Shown here in pieces: positions 1 through 13,883 of a stretch of DNA of 64,000 nt; within the stretch, counting starts at the first letter, position 1, and every line of letters starts with the position of its first letter. The position numbers and the translations under genes were made by a program. The notes below the pieces were generated by a model. It had not been told where the DNA came from, ran no database searches, and worked only from the letters and a program-made list of their open reading frames with translations. The stretch comes from Bigelowiella natans CCMP2755 (taxonomy: Eukaryota > Protista > Cercozoa), in NCBI GenBank assembly GCA_000320545.1, contig ADNK01003270.1, positions 1 to 64,000 of the forward strand, given 5' to 3'.

Positions 1-675
1 TGCCGCTAGGGAACCTGAGCTTGTTGGGCTGAAGTCGCCTTGAGAATCACGTTCCTGTGTCACCATAAGAACATACTCAGATGAGAGGCAGCAGAGAGGA
101 TATAACATTACATTTAGGTTGTAGATGTTTTTCATGAATATTTTGGTATGCAATAGGTGGAAATCAAGAGGGCCGGGGTTGAGGCAGGACGAAGGGTTTT
201 GAGGAGCACCTTCGCAGACCAGCAGTCGTCCATTAGGACATATTCGTATCCCAAGCTTGTCATATTCTTTAAAATAAAAGGCAGGAGGAGGGAAATTAAA
301 TTCAAGGAAAGCTTTTATAATCTCATCTCTCGTTTCTAGTAGTGGGACCTGCTCCACCATGGCATCCGCAATGCTCTTCACGAGCCCTTCGGTGCAACTG
401 GGAAAAACACGTAAGAAACAACATCAAGACAACGTTCGTGTCTTGTGTGTAGCTGTATATATGTCTCAAAACATACCGATCGAGCAGCCCGCACGCGTCG
501 TCGGTACACCTGGATGATACACACACAGCATGCAGCATCTCAGATTAAGTGGATGTGGTCTTTGCTCGTAGAGCTACCATGTATTCCATCCCATCGGAGG
601 GGTCTTTGCAAGCCCATTGTCATAGGCGGCAGCAAGGGGCATCAGGGACGCGACGAGGATGCTTTGGACCAGCAT
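1..675 (-). CDS. GH27 alpha-galactosidase/melibiase, 5' part (multi-exon, runs off the window start)
   Basis: Spliced translation from ATG 675: MLVQSILVASLMPLAAAYDNGLAKTPPMGWNTW|CTDDACGLLDR|CTEGLVKSIADAMVEQ|..MTSLGYEYVLMDDCWSAK. Signal peptide plus the GH27 signatures DNGLxxTPPMGWNxW and GYEYVxxDDCW. Not captured in the ORF track. Confidence 0.93.
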
Positions 676-1430
676 GATGATAATTATGGCCGGGGGGAGA
701 TGGGTTCGCTCTGTCGCTATTACGTTATTCCCTGTCGGAGTGTGAAAACGCCGTGTATAGTCTTAATAATTGTTGTCGCAGTTTATGAATGCATACTGTT
801 CAAGGGTTCCATCCGGTAAATGTCCGGTAGTTCGCACGAGCTTCGAGTAATCCCCGGCAGAACCCGGAAAATACGGGAGAATCTACGAATTTGGAATTGC
901 CTCTCTGTCACAGCGCATCCCCACGAGAAAAGGTACATTAATGAAAGGCACGATGACTGTTGTACCCAGCAGCTGCTCACAGTGGCCCCAAGAGAAGTTA
1001 TCCGTTGAGTATTTTTCCGGGCAGAATCACCATAGTTTCTTCAGCGATTTTATTCACGTATAAACTTTTTAAAAATTGTCAATTTTTCGTCTCCACCTAC
1101 GACTTAAAGTAGGATCCAAACAGCAAGGATAACGACCTGTGTTCAGGAAAGTTCTACCGGACCCAATAGCGCGCCAAGAGAAATAGATGTAAAACTGCGG
1201 TGGACAGGTTGGAGGTACTTAAAGTCTGAAAGACAAGGGGATTTATGCGACTGTTTACGTATGCGCAAGCTCTTTCCGAGGCCTAACCGAGGGAGTTTCT
1301 GGTGGAAATTCCTTCTCGGCATCAACGGATCTTTGAAATCTTCAGCCCTATACTGAGCATTGGAGACATAGTATCTTCTAAATATTAGGTTAATTCTGTC
1401 GTAAATCGCACAAGTGGGCTCCGAATTCCA

Positions 1431-1537
1431 CATTATTCGCCGAGACATGGAGCCGCTACGAAGAGCAACATAGTCTGGAAAGTGGCACTGCGATCAGGCG
1501 GGCGCCGGGAAAACGCAGCACAATAAGGTATCAAAGG
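1431..1537 (+). pseudogene. Possible degenerate tyrosine-recombinase (DIRS/Ngaro-like) box II fragment
   Basis: HYSPRHGAAT...GGRREN, then after a frameshift STIRYQR. Resembles H-S-x-R-x-G-x-A-T...G-R-W...T-x-x-Y. Stops and frameshifts lie nearby. Confidence 0.3.
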
Positions 1538-1659
1538 AGGCGTTATAGTGGGGCCCCATTCCCACACTATTTCTCTTCTGTTCTTCGGTGGTTCTCTGCT
1601 TCCTATTCGCCTACTGCGCGGCCTTCCCACCGGGGTCCCAAAAATACAAAAGCGCGCAC

Positions 1660-2520
1660 ATGCCCGCGATGCTATCCAGCGAGGTGGGGGGCACGCTCCG
1701 GGGCGGGGGCCTCGGAAACGTCCAGGGTATCTCCTTCCTATTCTCCCTCTTCCTGCTTCTTGCCGCCTTCGCGGAGCGAGCGCCTAGGTTACAAAGAGGG
1801 TTATCTCCAAGCCGCAGTTTCAACAATAGGGCCCTTAGAAAGCAGCCTCTTAGTATCCGCCTCCCTGCGGCCCCTCCAAGTGGAGGGGTACTACCAGCTT
1901 ACCCTACCCGCCGGGGATTCTTACTGCAGGTGCACTCCGCTCAACAACCTCCACCAAAAGCACCAAGGAAAAGGAGAGCAGGAGCACCCTTATTGCAACA
2001 GCAATCCCCAACTTCGCGCTCTCAACCTCCAAGGCATGCCAAGACGACTCGTAGTAGGGAAGCGGCGGCAGCGGCCAAAAAAAAGACGATTTCCTCCGCT
2101 TCCGCACCCCCCCGGGCGCCAAGAACACTGAGGACTTGGAGGCTGGGGCACGATCCAAAATCACTCATCACGCAAAGGTTCATTCGGAATGCAAGAGCCT
2201 TGGCAGTGCGATACAGTCCACCGGCAAAGGCGGTCTTTGTTCCCGCTCCTGTGCCCGTGGTGGCTCCAAGCATTGAAGGCAGGCTGGAAAAGCTGAACGA
2301 TGATGGCGTTGAATCCATCAAGTCTCCGGAGAGAGAGACCCTCCAGGCTGTGATCATGGCACATATGCTTCCTGCTCTCCCCGCTATAGGAACTTCGTTC
2401 TTCGCTGTCACCAAACGCATGCCGGGGGATCAGGTCGAGTATTATATAAGCCTTATCTTCCCCATTGCTAGCAGCATTCTACTAGCAATGCAAAAGAGAA
2501 TATTAGCCAACTCCAAAATC

Positions 2521-2574
<54 letters not shown>
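1660..2574 (+). CDS. Hypothetical protein with hydrophobic leader and basic Ser/Pro-rich region; 3' end uncertain
   Basis: About 300-codon ORF containing GISFLFSLFLLLAAFA, an R/S/P-rich stretch and two further hydrophobic segments. It runs into a (TA)n tract at 2521 that may begin an intron (ATC|gtatat). No family recognised. Confidence 0.3.
2522..2572. repeat. (TA)n microsatellite
   Basis: Uninterrupted TA dinucleotide run. Confidence 0.95.
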
Positions 2575-2577
<3 letters not shown>

Positions 2578-3030
2578 CACACATCTGTTTTGCATGTTTA
2601 TATATTTTCCGCATTTTCTGCAAAATAACGACGCGACAAGGGCGAGGTTGGGGAGTTCGCTCGTCGCCAGCTTAGCTTCGCTGATTGACACGGAGATTGC
2701 CTCTGCTGCAGGTCAAGGTTCTTGTCCTCCTCCTCGCCACAATGATAAATGACTCCGCGTTCAAGATTCTCCTGCTCCACATCGAAGGGTGTCTCCCGCA
2801 CTCCGTGCATAAGGCCCTGGTAGCGCGAAACTGGCAAACACCATCATCAAACGCAGCACTGTTCAGAAACGAATCATTCCTCGCTTATTATTTGTCCTCC
2901 GTGTTTTGTTCCCTTCAAAGGTCCAGTACGTGTCTAAGAGGGTCTCTCCAAGCACGTTCCGCATACGAGCAGTTGCTGGGATGGCGTCGCGTGCACTGCC
3001 AAAGCGCGTGTCGAGGTCAGTCTAGTACAC

Positions 3031-3086
<56 letters not shown>

Positions 3087-3829
3087 CAAAATTTGCTTTC
3101 ACACCTGCTAGTCTCATGCCGGCGCCCATGGGTGCCGCCGAGCTATCTCGCATCTATCCAATCCAATGACCCCCCCCCCCCCCCCCCACACCCCTTATGG
3201 GGAATCCTTAAACTTGCAGGAACCTGGTGGGGTTTTGGTTGCGGCGGGCGCAGCCTCACGTGCTGAAGCGCACAGCGATGAAGGCTTTGACAAACATGAA
3301 CGCCACTCAGGTGCTGCTGCTTAGAATAGATGCGAGTATGGCAAGGTCTCCATAAGAATCCATAGAGAATGAAGAGAAATAAGGGGGGGGGGGGGGGGAA
3401 TACAAAATGAGGTATACATCTTATCTGGTCGGGGGCAGCAGCCATCGATACAGTACCATCCAGCAGTTCCCTTTTCGTGAAAAGAAAATACGCGCAAAAT
3501 GTTTCGATTGTGTTCCAAAAAAATATTTTTAACTGGAAGAATGGTGTGCTTATGCGTGTGTTGTTGTTGTTGTTGTTGTTGTCTTTGCATACAGGCGGAA
3601 TGGCTGATAGACATTGCTCATGATCATCTGCGGAAGAAAACATCCCCTGCTGTTGCTGCTGCATAACCAGAAACAGGAGATAACCGCCCTGCCCCGCCCC
3701 CTCGCGCACCGATTATGCGTTTTTCCTTCAAAAAATAACTTTTTTGTTGTAAAGAACAGCATACAGTGTTTTGGTACTTATTGACTATATACTCTCTCAT
3801 ATATTATTAGATTCTTGTAAGATATTATC

Positions 3830-3866
<37 letters not shown>

Positions 3867-5202
3867 TATTTTTTACGAATCAGTATAGTCTATTTTATTT
3901 CTCTTGGCGTGAATTCTAAGATACACGCCTACCTCCACGATATCCCTAGTATACACACGTAGCATTCTAAAGTCTTACCACCTCTGTTCTTCAACCGAAG
4001 ACTTTTTTGAGCCCTTAAGCGTTCTTAGAGGGGGGTTCCAAGCCACCAACAACTCCTAGAGGCCTCCTCTTCCAATCATTTCTCTTGCCGCTCGGCTCAA
4101 CCCAAAATCACAGCACAACGAGAAGAATACTACTTATCTCAATGATAAAATGTAATTAGTATGAATTCAAGTGGACCTGCGTCAGGTGAGGACGATAAAC
4201 TCACCTCCTTGAACGCTAGCTTTTGCTTCCAAATAGACAGTAAACTTTTAAAATATTATGTATACATTTAAATTCTCGCAAAAAATATACTACTCAGATA
4301 TTCTTTTGCATAGCAATGCTCGTAAGTGTGCCTTCGCCCGGCCGCGAGGCACCCCATTTCTGCGATTAGATTACTATTTTAAAATACACACACACATTTA
4401 CGAATCCATCTACCATACTAAAGATTTCCCAGCCAGTGAAGTTTCGTGTGCGAGTTAATTCGTGTACACGAGCAGCAGATTTCCCTCTGGAAGCTAGATG
4501 CACAAGTTCTTCTCTCTCGGCATGATGCGAACATTTTAGACATTATCTGTAAACTATCGATGGCTTCATCTCACATAGTGTCGCTCTAGTGTGGATATCT
4601 GTGTGTCCAGCTGTGCATTTTGCTAGTTTGCTTGAAACATGTGGCTTCGCTCGCAGCATGAAATTTTGTCGTACTGTATGATCTAAATGCAGCGCTTAAG
4701 CACGACGAGTAAAAATTAAGGCACGCCACATGCGCATGTGCGGAGGTATGATTTGATATATGCTAGCTGCGCAGCTTTTAAATTAGCACGCATCACCAGC
4801 AACGCAAAACGTAGTGGCGCAGCTTTTATTAGCACGCATCATCCACCTGCGATGCTTTTCCCTTGATCGATTAGCATAGCAGCAGAGTGGCTGCTTGCAT
4901 GCCACTTTTTCTAGTATCTCTGTTATTGTCTAGATTGTGTGCGCTGGTGCAAGAAATCATATCAATTGCACCCGCCGTCAGGACGCCAGTATACCAGAGA
5001 CCAGTATATACATGTATGTACGTGTCTTTTACGGACGGTCGCCTGGCATGAATGCCGATGCTATGAAGCTCAATGAAATATTAGGCATGTGCTTGTGAAT
5101 GTGAATACATTGTCTATCCTGCGATTTCTGGACTTGCCAGAATACGCTAATGGTGTCAAAGACTTTTTCTCTGACGACTATGATTAAATTTCATTGGTCA
5201 AT

Positions 5203-6676
5203 CTAATTTCCACCTACAGCGTCGGTATATCGCCGATCCAGGACGTACTGAATGACCCGATTTGCGAGTCTCATGTGTGGCCCAGATCTCTGAGCATAAT
5301 CTTTGCCAAGATGTCCGTAGGCATCCCAACATGCGCGGGTCACCGACCCGCCGCAGCCATTCGCTGAGCTACGCAGTTTGCAGTTGTTCGGCATCACTGT
5401 CGGCCTAAGAAGCACAATGTTGTTCGTCTCTGCCCAGCGCTCAAAATCTATAATGTTGTAGTTAAGCCAGCCACCCCCACATGGGTTGAACCACACAAAC
5501 ATGGGGCACATATCCCCCTTATTTTCGTCTAAACCCACTTTGGCCGCTGCATTTGCCTGGCATGCTTTAGGGGCATAAATCCATGCCTTGAGGCCAAAGC
5601 CTGCGTTTCGATCGTCGTCTTTTTCGAATTGTCGCGTATTGAAAGAGTAAAGGTTGCTGTAATCAATAATGGCATCTAAAGGGGCCCGCATGCCGCTCCT
5701 AGTTTCGCTCCTATCTTCGCCGCTGCTAGCGCTGTTGTTCCCCGTACTTTGCGTCAGTTTTGTTCTTCCAAAAACAACATGCTTGAGACATTCTTCGACT
5801 ACATTATATTCTCTGCTGATGACGACCCCGTGCCCAGCTACGACACTGTGCTCGAATAGAACCTGCTCGTTAGGATCTTGCATCAGCTGAGAGTAAAACT
5901 CCTCAACAGCAGCGACGGATCCAGGGAGATAAGTCTCGTCATATGTGCCTTTGAATATATAGACCCGCTGCCTCGGATCTCTGAGGTTGCTTGGGTCATC
6001 AAGGTCGCCCCCCCTCCGCACATAGTCGACGAGCTTATCGACGTCAATGACGTCTGGCCGGTGCTTGCAGTGATCGTAGGAGAGTGTGTACCGACTAGAA
6101 TTAGTACGATCATATGGGCAGTTGTTGCAGTATGGCACGGCGAATCGATTCCCACCGAGCTTCGTAACCAGGGGGTCGGAGCCGCCAAAGTAAGTGGTTG
6201 CGCAGCGGTATGGCTGACCGGCCACAATGCATGCACCGCTGATCTTCCCCGAGTAGGCAACGTGGAACTGGTGTGCGAAATCTGCTCCGTTGGAGAACCC
6301 GCCCACAAACACCCGCGTCGGGTCGAGCTTGAGCCAGCCTTTGGGGACGTGGAAAAAGTGTCGGGACTCTCGGTTTTCGTCGCCCATCTTGAATTTCAGC
6401 GCATACGCGGGGTCTTTCCCGGTGAAACTGGCGTATATTTCATCTAGGAGGAGGCTGCGATGCTCATGAAAATGTAACTGAGCGATGATCACACAGATCA
6501 CGCTTGCGACGGTGCACAGAGCGATGAAGCACCTGAAGCAAGATGGTTAGGAGAAGGGCACGAAGGAGATCGTCCCATAAAACGCAACATTTCTAATGAA
6601 TTTTCGACCTGCTGAGACTGCAGTTTCGACTATGCGCATTATTCTGCGTTAGGGTGCGCCCCCCGCCCCCTAGCAT
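5203..6676 (-). CDS. Poly(3-hydroxybutyrate) depolymerase-like alpha/beta hydrolase with N-terminal signal anchor
   Basis: Lipase box GFSNG in VFVGGFSNGADFAHQFHVAYS, then GACIVAGQPYRCA, catalytic Asp region GTYDET, His region AGHG and C-terminal CWD, as in extracellular PHB depolymerases. An in-frame upstream exon (ATG 6676; intron 6533-6608) gives MLGGGGRTL...SRCFIALCTVASVICVIIAQ. Confidence 0.8.
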
Positions 6677-7333
6677 GCGCTCGGCGGTTGCTTCCCGGCC
6701 GAGGTTCTCTTTGTCCAGGGCGATAACATGCACTGAGACGCGGTCGAGGATTGCCAGAAAGAGGCTAAAAATGACCCAAAACTGACCTAGGGGAATTCTA
6801 TCTCAAAAGAAACAAACTACTCGTATGCGAATAAACTCGTAGATCTAGGAGATCTACAGAATGTTTTTTCTAGATCGAGATCTAATCGATCTAATGCCGT
6901 CAAGAAAAGCGCCTACTCGTACAGGGATCCCATGTGACTGAACCATCAAAATCTGCACAAAAAAACGTTTCTTTTAAGGAGCATGCGATACCAGCGGAAT
7001 CCCGGAAAAATGTTCTTCTTATAATGAAATATAGGCTTTTTTAATCCGGATACATCAGAAAATACATGTCGTTACAGCTCTAATCGCTCTCAGAAACGGA
7101 CACCTTAAATTTGGTTCTAAAGCGTGCTCTCCCCAAACCGTAAGCGATAGGTTTTGTAATGACGACATCGGAAAAACGAAGTCGCATGTAGTATTTCAAT
7201 GGCATTTTAAACGTTTTGACAGTAATTTGACTGAAGAAATAGCTCTTGAACGCATTACTCAACGGGCACGCAAAGCACGTCCTGGAACAACCTCTGCTAG
7301 CCCTCCACATAAGTACGAAGCAACACTAAGCAC

Positions 7334-8503
7334 ATGGGAGCCTGTGGATCAGCAGACCAAAACCGTCGCAAAGAAAATCAGGCACCAAGTGGGGAGGCGG
7401 CAGATAAGAAATCACTCGGCAAAGCTTGGACAAATGAGGAACAGGGATCGAAGAAGGAAAAGAATAAGAAAGTTAACAAGGCAGATGTAGTTTCGGCCTT
7501 TGAGTCCCCGAAGAGTAACAACGGGGGAAATAAAATGACCGTGAAGCCTCTCAAGGAAGCAGAGGAAAATGCTGTCCAATCCATTGCTCCTCAGCAAGAG
7601 GTGGCTGAGAAGCCACGCACTCTGGACGATGTCCGCCCGAAGGCACCTATCTTTTCTACAGGTAAGCCCTCTGCTGCAGCCGAGAACTCCCCGGGCAGAG
7701 CCGCGCCTGGATTCTTACCAACTCCAACCCGCAGTGGCAATCAAGTCGTCCAAATTGACGTGAAGGAACAGCGAGCCAAACATACGGAGGAAAATGCGGA
7801 GGACGGACAAAATTCTGCAACTGCAGGAAAAACAGAGACTCACGACGATGACACGAAACGGGAGAATGAGGCTGGAAGAACTCAGGTTAAGGAAAAAGCT
7901 GCCGAACCACAGAAGGTGTTCTTTCAGAAGCCAGTAGAGGACCATTATATGGATGAGGTGGACGATCTTCCTTGCGAGGTAATACCAACAGGAATCAAGA
8001 CTTCAACACGCGTCGACAATGATGAGAACGTTCCTTCTAAAAATAATGGGACCAATGATAGTAAAACAGAAAAGAAGGATGATTCCACGAAGGCAACGCC
8101 GAAGAGAGACTTTCTGAAGAAAAAGTCCAAGATGGGCACCCTACCCGCGCTGGCAGGGAACAAAAAGAAGGGATTGGTCCCGTTGACATTTGATAAGAAA
8201 AAGCACCAACAATTCCGCAAGAGTTTGAAAGGCATGAAAAAAAGTGGGAACAGAATAAAAAAGATGGAAAAATACATCGTAAAGCGTATCGGTCTGCCCA
8301 CAAAGGCGGCAGATCTTATCATGGTATATGCCGCCATGAAAACCTCAACATTAGATAAATTTAGTGTCGCCGATGTACAAGCAAAAGCTCCTTTAACTGA
8401 CAGAAATGAAGAACAAGCAAATAGAAAGTCGCTCATATCACAATCTCCAGACGCTTCAACGATAGCTAGCCCTGCAAAAGGGCTCATGACTGCTCTCGGT
8501 TGA
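7334..8503 (+). CDS. Hypothetical, largely disordered Lys/Glu-rich protein with N-terminal MGxC acylation motif
   Basis: Single 389-aa ORF starting MGACGS (typical myristoylation/palmitoylation start) with coding-like composition. Confidence 0.7.
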   Translation: MGACGSADQNRRKENQAPSGEAADKKSLGKAWTNEEQGSKKEKNKKVNKADVVSAFESPKSNNGGNKMTVKPLKEAEENAVQSIAPQQEVAEKPRTLDDVRPKAPIFSTGKPSAAAENSPGRAAPGFLPTPTRSGNQVVQIDVKEQRAKHTEENAEDGQNSATAGKTETHDDDTKRENEAGRTQVKEKAAEPQKVFFQKPVEDHYMDEVDDLPCEVIPTGIKTSTRVDNDENVPSKNNGTNDSKTEKKDDSTKATPKRDFLKKKSKMGTLPALAGNKKKGLVPLTFDKKKHQQFRKSLKGMKKSGNRIKKMEKYIVKRIGLPTKAADLIMVYAAMKTSTLDKFSVADVQAKAPLTDRNEEQANRKSLISQSPDASTIASPAKGLMTALG

Positions 8504-9176
8504 GCTCGTCCATATCACTATTCTCGAAGACTTCGATTTATGATAATTGATTATTGCATCATTGTTAGCAATTTGCATTCCATAATTATTGAAGCATTGT
8601 ATAGTTTGCAATAATGTACATCATCATCATCATCATCATCATCATCATTACCATCACGTTGCACATACATACTGGTGTAAAGTGAGTGCTCCGTACGCCA
8701 TGCATTACTGCTTTAATGTGCGTGCCGCAGGGAGCCTGGTTTGTCACTACACAGGGGTAGCATGTGGTTGGTATACGATGCCATGTGAGTAGGCCAGTGC
8801 CGAATCGTTCATGCCGTTGAATAAAGTAGAGCGGTTATTCAGCAGCCGTTGTCATGGTGGCCACATCATAGACATCCACGCAGGCGGTTACAAATTTCTA
8901 GAAATCACTAAGCTAGCTACTGGCAAGATATAGAGATATGCTATTGCAATATATGGACAACACGTCATGTGATGCGTAAGCGGTAAGCGGCAGCACACAC
9001 GCAAGGTGTTTGTATGCGATACACACAACTATGTAGCGTGGCAGTAATAATAGCATCGAACGTACAGCACCAGACAAGCCCATATGCATAGCCTCAATGT
9101 ATGCTGTGATTGCGATGAATATTGATGCAACGATCGTACAATGTTAATTCATCATGACCAACATAAGCAAGATCCC

Positions 9177-10647
9177 TCACACAGCTTTTGAAAAATATAC
9201 ATGCTTTTCTTTGTGCGAAAAATTAAGTTTGTTGAAGAGGCTAATTGCTGGTGCATTATCCGCCTCCGTATCGACTAGAAGCTGTTGGCAGCCCTCCTTA
9301 GAAATCATCGGGTGTACGTGCGCATGCAGAAAAAAGGGGGGGGGGAGATATATAGAGAGAATCAGACACTTCATCACCAGATTGAATACCCAGATAGTTG
9401 TCATATTGTGCCTACTAATTTCCCGCCTTCACTACCCAAATCGTCCAACTTGAGATTCGCAGGCATTGGCCGTATTGATAAGCGGTGCAGTGTTACCATC
9501 ATCATCATCATCATTGTTAAATATTCCATTATCATTGCTTTCTTTCCCATCTCTGTACCTCGCGCACAAGCTTCTCAAACTCAAGCACAAGCCTCTGCCC
9601 AATCCCGCGTCTCGCGTAGTCGGAGTGAACGCCGAGCCACGTCAAATGCCCGAATTTCTTCTTTTGCAGCGGCTTTTCGATGTACGTTCCCAGCGCAAAC
9701 CCGGCTATCGTGCTGCTCATTCGATAGATTTTGCCAGAAGAAAGGAGGAGATGGTAGTGACGGTGGTGGTGGTGGTGGAAGGAGAAGAGGAGAAGACAAA
9801 AAACAAAATGACATACTGAAGGTTGCGCTAGAAGTACCTATTGCTACCGCACACGGCGACAAGCGAGAATTCTCGATCTGTTTGGAACTGGGACATTACC
9901 TGAAAGAGGAAGAGGAGGAGGAGGAGGAGGAGGAGGAGGTGGTGGAGATCGTTATCAGTCGATGGTTGTTGTTGAAGATTATATATTTTCATGGTAGTTG
10001 ACCGGATTGCTTGTTGTTGTTGTTAATTTTTAAACAGTAAGCGCCACATTTGTAGTAGTAGCAATAGAGAGTGGAAGAGAAGTACTAGAATGGTGCTGCT
10101 AAGAAGTATCATCTGCGATGATGCCTTCACACCGGACTTCTTCTTGGTTCGTTGTAGGACGCACGCGAATCACGCGTGCGTTGGTGTACATGCACAATGA
10201 TGATTAGTGAAGGCTCTCGCTCTGGTGCTTTTTATGGTGCTCAGAACGGGCTTGGTTTGCATGTAACATGCAGCCTTACAGGGCGCGAACACACACACTT
10301 CGCTACGTACCGCATGCTGATCCCAGTTTCGAATCAAGTTTGGAAACTTCTCGAAGAGCTTTTCTCCGAGACTGCAGGGGGGTTTGTTACGGTGATAATG
10401 GTGATGGCGATGATAATAGCGATGATGAAGATGAAGATGATGATGATGATGATGATGATGACGATGATGGTGAAAACGTTTATTCGACCTGTGGACTGTG
10501 TAGAGGTCATCTACTTGCAGCATCCGCACGCTCACATTCAAGTTTCTATTTATCGACGAATCACGCAAAGCCACACTTTCAGCCATTTGCAATTGGGTTT
10601 CAAATCAGAGCAGAGATAGGGTCTTATGTATAACATTACATAAGGTA

Positions 10648-10682
<35 letters not shown>

Positions 10683-10898
10683 GCGCATACACAATAACGC
10701 ATTAATCCAAAATTTGGCTACTACTTCTACTACTACTACTTCTACCACAACTTCTACTTCTACTACTACAACTACTGCTACTACCGTTGGTCTGGTACTT
10801 GCGAAGATGCATGGGGTTCTGGTAACACGCGGCGAGACATATAAACGTGAGGCACCTGCCATTGGACCGAAGAATATGTCACCGGTTATATCCACACA

Positions 10899-10929
<31 letters not shown>

Positions 10930-11708
10930 ATACTACTGCTGCTGCTGCTGCATCTGATGATATATTCTGGCATACGCAGTGTAAATACGCTCTGCAAGAC
11001 ACCTACATTTGAACTATCTTCCCATGAGCATCAAGGACACACACACACACACACACACACCATACACAAAAACACCTGATCGCATAACCACAAGACATAT
11101 AGTTTGGAAAAGCCGTATAAATGAAATTATCCACCCTCCTCTCCCCGCAATCCCCCCTCCCCCCCCCCCCCCCCCCCCCCCTATCCCTACAATTCCATTT
11201 CCATTCTCGCTCTCACGAAATTGTTGGCGAGGGTGTTTGCCGCAATCTGTCTATCACAATCTAGCAACAGGAAGGTCCACCATCTCCGTCAGGCCGATGC
11301 GCTGTGTAAAGAAATTGATCGCCTGAAATGACGAATGACATCGTCAGTAACCACGCGCCAAAACTCGCAAGATAATATACGGAGCGGAGTAGTTTGTGTT
11401 TATTGGTCTAAATTCCTAGCCGCAGGGAGAATGGTCGCGAAGGAGGGAGGGTAGGGATAAATGCTGAATGGCTGCCGCATTTTCTTTCCTCCACCGGTTT
11501 GTTCTCCGCAGGGGTGTCAGCGATGAGCAGCCGGATCTTAGAATAGAGCAGGAATAGCAGAATATAAATAATAATTACAATAACAATACTACTATTGGGG
11601 GGGGTACAACTTATTGATGACAAGGCTCTACAGAAGGACAGACACGTCTAGATTTTCTCGTCGCAGTGTTCTCTCTTTCTCTCTCTTTCTCTTTCTCTTC
11701 ATCACTCA

Positions 11709-11747
<39 letters not shown>

Positions 11748-11938
11748 CACTCACAACACTTACAAAAACACATCGCACAAGATATACGTGCATGTTCATT
11801 GATTCGTGGGTTATTCTGATGATGTTGCTGCTGCTGCAGTGACAATACCTGGTACTCCTTCTTCAGGGCTTCGATCACTCCCTACACACCGACATATGTG
11901 ATGATAAAACCCAGTTTTTTTAGAGGAAACAATTGCGA

Positions 11939-11971
<33 letters not shown>

Positions 11972-12244
11972 TTGCACCCCCCCGCCAAGATTACTACCTT
12001 GATGAGCGCCGTACCAATTCCCTTGTTTTGGAAACGCGGCTCCACAACGACCTGCAATGGATGGATGGGTGGATGGATGTTGGAGGTGATGATAACGATG
12101 ATAATGACAACGGAGGGCAACGCTATTATGTAAAAACTGTGTTCTTTCGACAATCCATTTTAATAGATGAGGTGTTGGACGGAAAGATAAGTAAGTATGA
12201 GATTCCTCGACGTTGCGAGGTAGTAACAGCAGCAGTTGTAGTAA

Positions 12245-12280
<36 letters not shown>

Positions 12281-12342
12281 TGAGATCCTCATTCTAGACT
12301 CACCCGCCACCCCAACCGTGTTTATTTATTCCCCCCCTTGCC

Positions 12343-12377
<35 letters not shown>

Positions 12378-12388
12378 ATATCATCACT

Positions 12389-12422
<34 letters not shown>

Positions 12423-13120
12423 CACACCCAGTCTAGATATCCGATGCAGAATTTTCCCTGCTTCTTGATCAGAACCGATCCGAGCGCAAATCCGCCGAGC
12501 ACAAGCCTCTTCCCATTCCTCCTCGACGATGGGGATGCAGCATTACAGCTGCCATCCCCATCGCAACTGCCACTCAAGCTACTACCAGCCCCTTGCCTGT
12601 GCGTATTACTAGTATCATCTTGCCTCAAGGTTGGCTGCCCGTCATCTTCACGTATGGCGTTACTGTATTTGTCCCCCTCCTCCTCCTTCTCCTTCTTTTC
12701 TCCTTCCCCCAGCTGCTGTTCTCCTCCTCCTCCTCCTCCTCCTCCTCCTCCTCCTCCTTCTTCTTCTTCTTCTTCCACCTCCGCGATGAAACAGAACTCT
12801 GGGTGCGAGTTAATGAGATTGACGACCTAAGAGGGGGAGGGTGGATTGATGGGGTTGCGGAAGCCGTGATGCCATTGCAGAGGTAGTCGTGGTAGCAGGG
12901 CAGAGTGTAAGAGCGAGAGAATAAGCAAAGACTATGTGCTTAAGATCATCTCATTGCTGCCCACACCCTCCACATCGTTTGCGCAGATCATGATTGTTTT
13001 TATTCTTGCTGTCTTTCGTCGTCGTTGTTGATGATGGGATTGACGGTGATACTGCCCTATCCATCTCATCTCCCTCAAAGCGCACAACGATTTTCCGCGC
13101 GCGGTCCCCTGCTACTATTA

Positions 13121-13158
<38 letters not shown>

Positions 13159-13833
13159 GCTGCTGCTACTACTACTGCTACTACCTACCTCAAATTCGTC
13201 CCAGGTACGGTATAGGTTGTTGAACTTCGTTTCAGAGAATATCCTGTCCCCCAGGTGAAAGCAAGCACCCACGTCGCGCAACTCGAGAGGCCTCAATGTG
13301 AAAGATAACGACTGAAGTATAAAACCAAACACCCGCCCGCGCGCACAAAAGCAAACATAGGGAGGGGGGGAGAGGGGGGGAGAGAGAGAGGGGCATACTA
13401 GTATCAGATGCCTGCAATGTTGTGAGCGACGGAAAATCATAAGAAAATTCTGGGTTTGGGTTCAGGGGAGAATGATGGATAGCCATGGGGAATATCATAC
13501 TAAATACATATCTCGCCTTCTTCTCCTCTGTGTCTGTGAATGCTATCTTAGCCAGGTTGGTGGAGCATGTTTTACGGAGTAATGGTGGCCGGATTTGAGA
13601 CCTGTGATGATGATGATGATGATGATGATGATGACGGTAAATATTCAGAAGAAAGGAAGTATCTATGACAAGAAGAAGAAGCGAAGCACACAAACGTTCT
13701 TTCTCACCTTCAGGAATATACATATATTTTCTCATCAACTTACCTAACTGCTCGCACTATACTCTGCTTCACAACATACTTTTTCGTTGTCAATGCCGTT
13801 GAACTGTATTATTAATGGGGAGTCACGATGAAA

Positions 13834-13883
<50 letters not shown>

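Noticed and set aside
4768-4840. Two near-identical ~27-bp units (GCGCAGCTTTT..ATTAGCACGCATCA) with a short spacer
   Set aside because: Only two imperfect copies, so a local duplication rather than a CRISPR-like array; no cas genes.
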